The notes beneath the pieces are model-generated. The model saw only the letters and a list, made by a program, of their open reading frames with translations. It ran no database searches and was not told the origin of the DNA. A stretch of DNA of 64,000 nucleotides from Adineta vaga (Eukaryota > Animalia > Rotifera), in the NCBI GenBank assembly GCA_021613535.1, contig CP075496.1, forward strand, positions 7,564,001-7,628,000, in the 5' to 3' direction. A program made the translations under genes and the position numbers. Within the stretch, counting starts at the first letter, position 1. The number at the start of each line of letters is the position of its first letter. This document shows, piece after piece, positions 57,717 to 64,000 of this stretch.

Positions 57717-60700
57717 CTATTGATATGTAATGAGATGGTCAGCATATACACCGGCATCATGATAAACTACAAAAATATGATGTCCATCTGTAGTCGTGTC
57801 ATAACCAGCCGGAGGTACTTTCATAGATTGGTTTCCTTGATGTGTTCGACCGATGAGAACTCGTGCTAAAAACATAGTTCTCTCTCCTGATACACTGGGT
57901 TTTGCATATGAGTGGCTATAACTAGCATTAGAACTAAAGTAAACACCACAACCGTATGCAACGCCTATATCAAACAAAGTTTATGAGCAAGATAATTTTT
58001 GACAACAAGATCTTTTACCATTGACACCGGCAAATGATCGATTGAAACATTCTTGGATAATCTGATTTGCTGAAATACCGGTACATCCATGGAAAAGCAA
58101 ACGTTCATCTAAATTTCCATAACGTCGTTTGTATTCATCACGATGAGCTGTATACTAAAATTTACAAAACGAATTTAAAAAATGTTTAGATATGCTTGTG
58201 AACGTTTTATTTTTGTAAATACCTGTTTATACCACCGTTCATTTTGAATACGTTCTATTTTAATAATTTTTAGATGTTGTCCATTCATCGTTGAATTGAA
58301 TTGTTTTAAAACATCCTGATATTCTTTCGATGACGATTGTAATGTAACTCGTTTGCAATTTTGATCACTGGGCTCCCATGTCTATAAATGATATTTATTT
58401 TAAATATAAAAAAAAAGAATAATGAAACAGTCGATGAATCGACTTACATCAGGTAATAAGGAATCTACAACTTTTCGTCGTATAGCTCGTACATCTGATC
58501 CATGATGTTCTTCCATTGATGAGAAGATAATTCGACATCGTTCTTGTTTGTCATTTACAAAATCAAGCTTAAAAACAAAACACAATCAAACATATTATTG
58601 ATTATCATCCAGAGTATCTGTCAATACAAACTTGCGATTGTTTTTTTAAAAAAGCATCTTCAATCATTCCATTTAATTTGAATGAATATTGTTGCCAATT
58701 ATCAGAATTTGGTGTAACCTCAACTGACCAAATAACACCACGTGATACAGCATGATTACGTGCTTGTTTATATGTTTCAGTTGTTAATTCAAAGAATTGT
58801 TTCTCTGCTTCATGTACCTAAATTATTCATGAGTAGATACATGTATAAACAAATAGATTAATTGATTACCGCATCTTTTGGGCCAACTAATTCAACTGAT
58901 AATGAATTTAAATCAAGTGTGGGCTTAACATGTTGTTTCAAACAATATGTATAGAATTGATTGATGGTATTTTGTGACCAATCTAGCAAATCATTTTTAT
59001 TTGTTATTTGTTTTGTAAATGATGATGAATGAGCTAATTTTAAGATATCTTGTTTACATTTGACTAAATGATCATTAGTAGCACTGATCAATGTGATTTC
59101 AGTAACTAGAGAAAAAACAAATCATGAACATTTCGTATGAGAAATAATACTTTACCTGTTTCATCGTATGATAGTTTTGAATGAATAATAGATTTACTTG
59201 TCGTTAATGCTGCTGCTGCTGCTGCTAATGTTGTTGATGATGCTTTCGATACTGTTGTTCGAGATGGTTTGATACATTGAAGATATTTTACAAATTCATC
59301 ATAAACATTATTTTGATCGGGTAAAAGAACGAATGACACGTTCAACTGATTATTATTGCTTCCCAATTGTGTTAATGCTTCATCAATCATATGTTTAGCA
59401 ATGATGGACGGATCAAAGCCTAATTTACCACAACCAACACTTGGAAATGCTTGAAATATATGAAGAAAACAAAAAATAAAATCAAATAAAGATCAGTTAA
59501 AGAAAAACAAACCAAGTGTTTTATATTGATTTTTTATCACATAATTAATTGCTGAAGAAACAAAAGTACTAAGCGATGGTTTCAATATATGTGGATTTGA
59601 TTGTCCTGATTGCCATGGTATGAAAAGAATCTTCTTACATGGTAATGCACCATTGCATGTTGCAACTACAGGATCTCCATTAGAACTCGTAGTGTTCGTG
59701 AATTCAGTTTGTACCTGAACACCAGCTTTGGTAACAATGGTTTTTCGCATAATTTCTGATGTCGAACAAACAACGATTACATCAACCTATTCAAAAAGTA
59801 TCATATATGACAAAAACTTCTTTAAATACTTACTGTTTGTGTTGTTAAATCTCCAGTACAAATTGTAATTGTCGAATTTCCAATATTAATACTATTCGTA
59901 TTTGTCACAGATGCATTTGTATGTCGACTTTGTTTAGCTAAATCCTCCAAATCAGTCCCTTGTGCTTTTGGAATTGGAATGTCAATACGATGAGTTCGAC
60001 TCTTTATTTCAAAATAACATTTCGTTTTTATCAAAGAGGTAAGTCGTTTAGGTTCTTGATTGATGAGTACACCAAATGCACTACTTTGTATTTCAAAAGT
60101 GACTTCATCAATTTGTGTCAATGCATCCAGATTAGCTTTAATTTCTGCATGCATATCAATTGGTGCAAGAAAATCACCAGATTGTCGAAGACGTGCTAAA
60201 CTTACATCACATCCATCAGCTTTATAACGTTTTTCCAGTTTGCTCAAATCATTTTGCGCAACATGAACTAAATAATTAAACTAGAAGAAAAAAGATTTAT
60301 TAAGCATAATCTGTAATCTTCGAACCTGTTTTTCTGAAAGAATCATCTTATAGGATTGAGGAACATATCTATTTTTAAGTTCTTCAAATATTTGACGAAA
60401 TTCTTTGACTATTTTTGTTAAACCAAATAAATACATTGCTTTCGTTTCATCATATAAACAAATATCTTTTTTATAATCATCTCGTTTACGAATAGCGTCT
60501 TCTAAACTTTTCCAATCCTTTGTAAATTTTGATGTAGATGATTGTGAAGTATAAGTAATTGTTGCCAAACTAAATCTATTGTTAATTAAATCTTCAATTC
60601 GTTGTTCATCAATACCGAATTGAGGATTTGTAATATCGAAATAATTGATATTAACAGTTGTTGATGACATTTTTTGACATGTACAAGTGAGTTTTTCTAA

Positions 60701-63395
60701 ATCGAAATGATATTGAATAAGTACAGTTGCGTCTTCAATCTTTGTCCAATTTCCATCTGAAATAAAAACAAATTTGAAAAAAAATCTTCTTCTATAAAGA
60801 AACGATTTTGTTTTACCATTTTTTTCATCGAATTTTCGTGTACGTAATAATGAAAATAAGTTTTGTACATATTCAAGTGCATTTTCAGCATCTCTATTTT
60901 GACCAATGATTTTAATAGTAATACGAAGTTTTCCTTCTTTTGATTTTGTATTCATTACAGTTCGTTCAATTATTATCTTAACATTATATGTATCTCTTAA
61001 ATGCTGTTCCAAACGATTTTCAAATGTGCTCAAAGAAAACATGCTTAATTCTTCAGCTGATGTAATCGGATACAATGATACATTGTTTACTGTTGAAGCA
61101 GTCGAATGACTTGGTCGTCTAGATTGAAAATAATATAAACGTAAATTTGAAATTATATTTATAGAAAAAATACTGTTCGATAGATTCTTGTTTGCAGACA
61201 GGTGAAACTGGTTTTGAACTATAAATTGATTTATCAGTTTGATTCTAGCAAGAAATTTTTCAATGATTAACACTCACTTAATATCCATTTGTTGATTAAC
61301 TGTTGTTGTCTGATCTAGTTGATGATGCGGTCTGTGTTTCGGAAATAGTTGACTTTTTAATTCAACAAAATCATTATATTTAGCTGCTACTGAATAATCA
61401 TTATGACCATCTCGCCGAAATGCTACTGTCGTAGAATGCTTTCGTAAAATTCTCGCTTGATACGGTTTTAGATCACGCAAAACCTGATATCTCAATTTCT
61501 GCATATAATTATTTATTTTATTTTTTAGAATAGCTTCGTTTGATGGACAACGTGGTAGTCGTGGAAAACTACCAGTATAGCTTATCTCGTTTCCATGAAT
61601 TGTAATTTCACCACCAAGTTCATCACCTACAAGTATATCGAGTATTTAAATGGAAAAAATATTTTCTCAAGAATTACGAATATAATCTTTTAATTCTACT
61701 TGAAATACAGAATGTGCAGCAACCATAACCCAATCAGGACGAATTTTAATTGTAGTTGACTGAGACTTGCTTACAGCTGAGGTTGGAATGTTAAATGGAA
61801 TACTTTGTGCTGTTGAAATAGTGGCATTTTCATTCTCATGTGTATCATCAACATAGGTGATAATTGGAGTGATTGTAACACGAAATTTGACGATGATTTT
61901 CTCAACATTCAACATCCATCGTTTGAACGCTGGAAAAAAAATAAAATTTATTGAACATAAATAGACAATAATGAATATATTCTTTCGCACTACTGGATGA
62001 CTTTACTCAGTAAATCTAATTCTCTTTTTTTTCGATCTTTCGATTATATCTTACCATCAACATTGATAAATTCCACTTCCACACAATTGTCTTCTGTTAA
62101 TTGGTACGTAAACACGTCGATTCTAGCAGATCGTATGATATTTTCCACATCATCGTATGACATTATTTTTTCGTCGGGAAAACGAATGATAATCGTATCA
62201 AATTCGTATACTTGTACTATCGATAAATCTCTTCCTTGTAATTGTGATTTCGTTTGATACTGTTTATAAACTTTTTTGAATTCTATTAAAAACAAGAAGT
62301 CAAACAGAATTTTGTTATTCGAAAAGTAAACATTACCTATTTCATTATTACATTGAATTAGACAAATTTGTTCATCTGTTGTTGAAAAATCAGTTAGTGT
62401 GAATTGAATATTATTTCCAATTAGTAACGAAAGATATAATTTAATACGATTTTCAGCTATTTTATCTTGTTTATTATTCAAGACACTTTTCAGTACAAAA
62501 CTAGTTCGATCAATTAGTTGTTTTGAACGTTTAAATTTAATGTCATGTTTACTAAAAGTTGGAATTTGTGAATTCAATAATTTCTCTATATCTAAAGTAA
62601 TAAAAGCAAAGCGTAGAAAACTTTCGTTTGAAAAACAAACGAGCAAATCTTACCATTAGTTGGATCTAATTGAATTGTAACACGTCGAAAATATTCATTT
62701 TCACTTTCACTTAATTTCTTTTCGATGGTATAATTTTCTACATTTAAACTCATTTCAATAATTTCTATATCGATTTGTGGTGCATAATACGATGATGGAA
62801 AACTAATATCGACTTGTTTATCACTATCATCTTTTATAATATTTAATTGTACAGGACTCGTTGGATTTGATTGCTTAGTAAACGTTTGAGGGCGATAAGT
62901 AGGTTTTGTGCAAGTCGTCTCAATCGAATTAATCGAACAAGTAAATGAGCATCAACATGTCGACAATCCAATTGTTCAATAATCTTTCGATTTTCACCAT
63001 GACTAAAATCATGTGGATAACGACAGTTCGGTATTTTACAATGACCAAATTCACGACATAAATGAAGTTTTCCACATGATGTTACTGCATTATGACAGCG
63101 ACCAGAAAGAAATGCTTCACAAATATCGAGCTATATAAAAGAAAATCATTAGTTTATTTTAGAGAAAAAACGTTCAATCGATTACTGTTGGTTCAACATG
63201 AATTGTAATGGAATTATCTTTATTGATTACTAATTGAAATAAAGTTGGACTGAGTACTCGAATTTCACGACGGATTTCTTCAGTATAACATTGTGTACCT
63301 TGAGCTATAAGTGCAAGGCTAATTTGTGAATCTTTTAAGACAAGAAGTTGTTTAGCGAGAAAAATTTCAATAATTTTGTTTGATAGATCTGTCAT
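57717..63395 (-). CDS. Multi-domain mono-ADP-ribosyltransferase: CCCH zinc fingers - RRM/KH-like region - Macro - WWE - PARP catalytic (PARP12/PARP14-like); reading-frame break near 62845-62950
   Basis: CCCH: DICEAFLSGRCHNAVTSCGKLHLCREFGHCKIPNCRYPH. Macro: TICTGDLTTQTVDVIV..GALPCKKILF..AFPSVGCGKLGF. WWE: VIWSVE..WQQYSFKLNGMIEDAF. PARP: LLFHGC..YGCGVYFSSNASYSHSY..MFLARVLIG..HIFVVY. Confidence 0.88.
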
Positions 63396-64000
63396 TATGG
63401 AAAAAATAACATCTAAAAATGAAATGAAAGAAAACGTTTTTCATGCTTTCATTTATGAAGAAAAAACCCACAGAATGATAAAAAACACGAACACGTGTCA
63501 TCGACACTAAAGAATAGAAAGAGAAAGAAAAAAAGACATGATTTTCACATACAGTACTTACATTTCTTTTACTCATGATATGAAATATATTTTGTTGCAT
63601 TGAGTAATAAATCTTCCAAAAGTCATCTCAAATGATATTTCTATAATATTTTCACACATTCTTATCAACTATCTTTAACTTACACACATTACACTATAAC
63701 AAATAAATATTTAGATATAGTCTGCATACATATATAAATTACAAGGGCCAGTTCTGATGAATGAATATTGAAGTTTATTTTTAATATTGATTTTCAACAA
63801 ATGAAGAGAGTAACATTCATTATGAATATTTATTCATAATAATAATGTTTCTTGTTTTTTTTTATTGAATACAAAAGAAAACCAAAGGAACAGTAACAAC
63901 AAAAAGTAGTGTCTGATTTCATTTTTCTAATGGTGTATAATTCAATAATTTTTCGATGAGATCAACATGGGATAATAACATACGACGACAACAATATCGT

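Overview
This window is AT-rich eukaryotic (metazoan) genomic DNA, not prokaryotic. It is gene-dense, with many short GT-AG introns (mostly about 50-65 nt) that explain why the ORF track is fragmented. The short introns, core animal genes, TIR/NHL and PARP genes and apparently foreign genes suggest a bdelloid rotifer (inference). I assembled about 22 genes by hand: TBCEL, ITM2/BRICHOS, ISOC2, TYW1, UBA5, a TIR-NHL protein, EHD1, ZC2HC1A, MANBA, SREK1IP1, PRPF40A, an intronless cyanobacterial-type HAD-IB/MtnX phosphatase, an unknown protein, a hidden secreted peptide precursor, ABCC4-like, a GH81 glucanase, FIGNL1, PSMB2, TIMM8, CRACD-like, SNRPC and a CCCH-Macro-WWE-PARP. Four points stand out. 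(1) Three same-strand gene runs have 18-183 nt gaps, most carrying a lone splice acceptor just before the downstream ATG; these are candidate operons resolved by spliced-leader (SL) trans-splicing, and one is headed by a horizontally acquired gene. (2) An 88-aa prepro-peptide gene absent from the ORF track would release a peptide with a 17-residue disulfide ring. (3) A GH81 glucanase of likely oomycete/fungal origin carries a Cys-rich tail. (4) Two genes have immune-like NAD-consuming architectures: TIR-NHL, and a ZAP/PARP14 hybrid with an apparent frameshift. Exon boundaries were read by eye and family calls come from motif recognition; no database searches were run.
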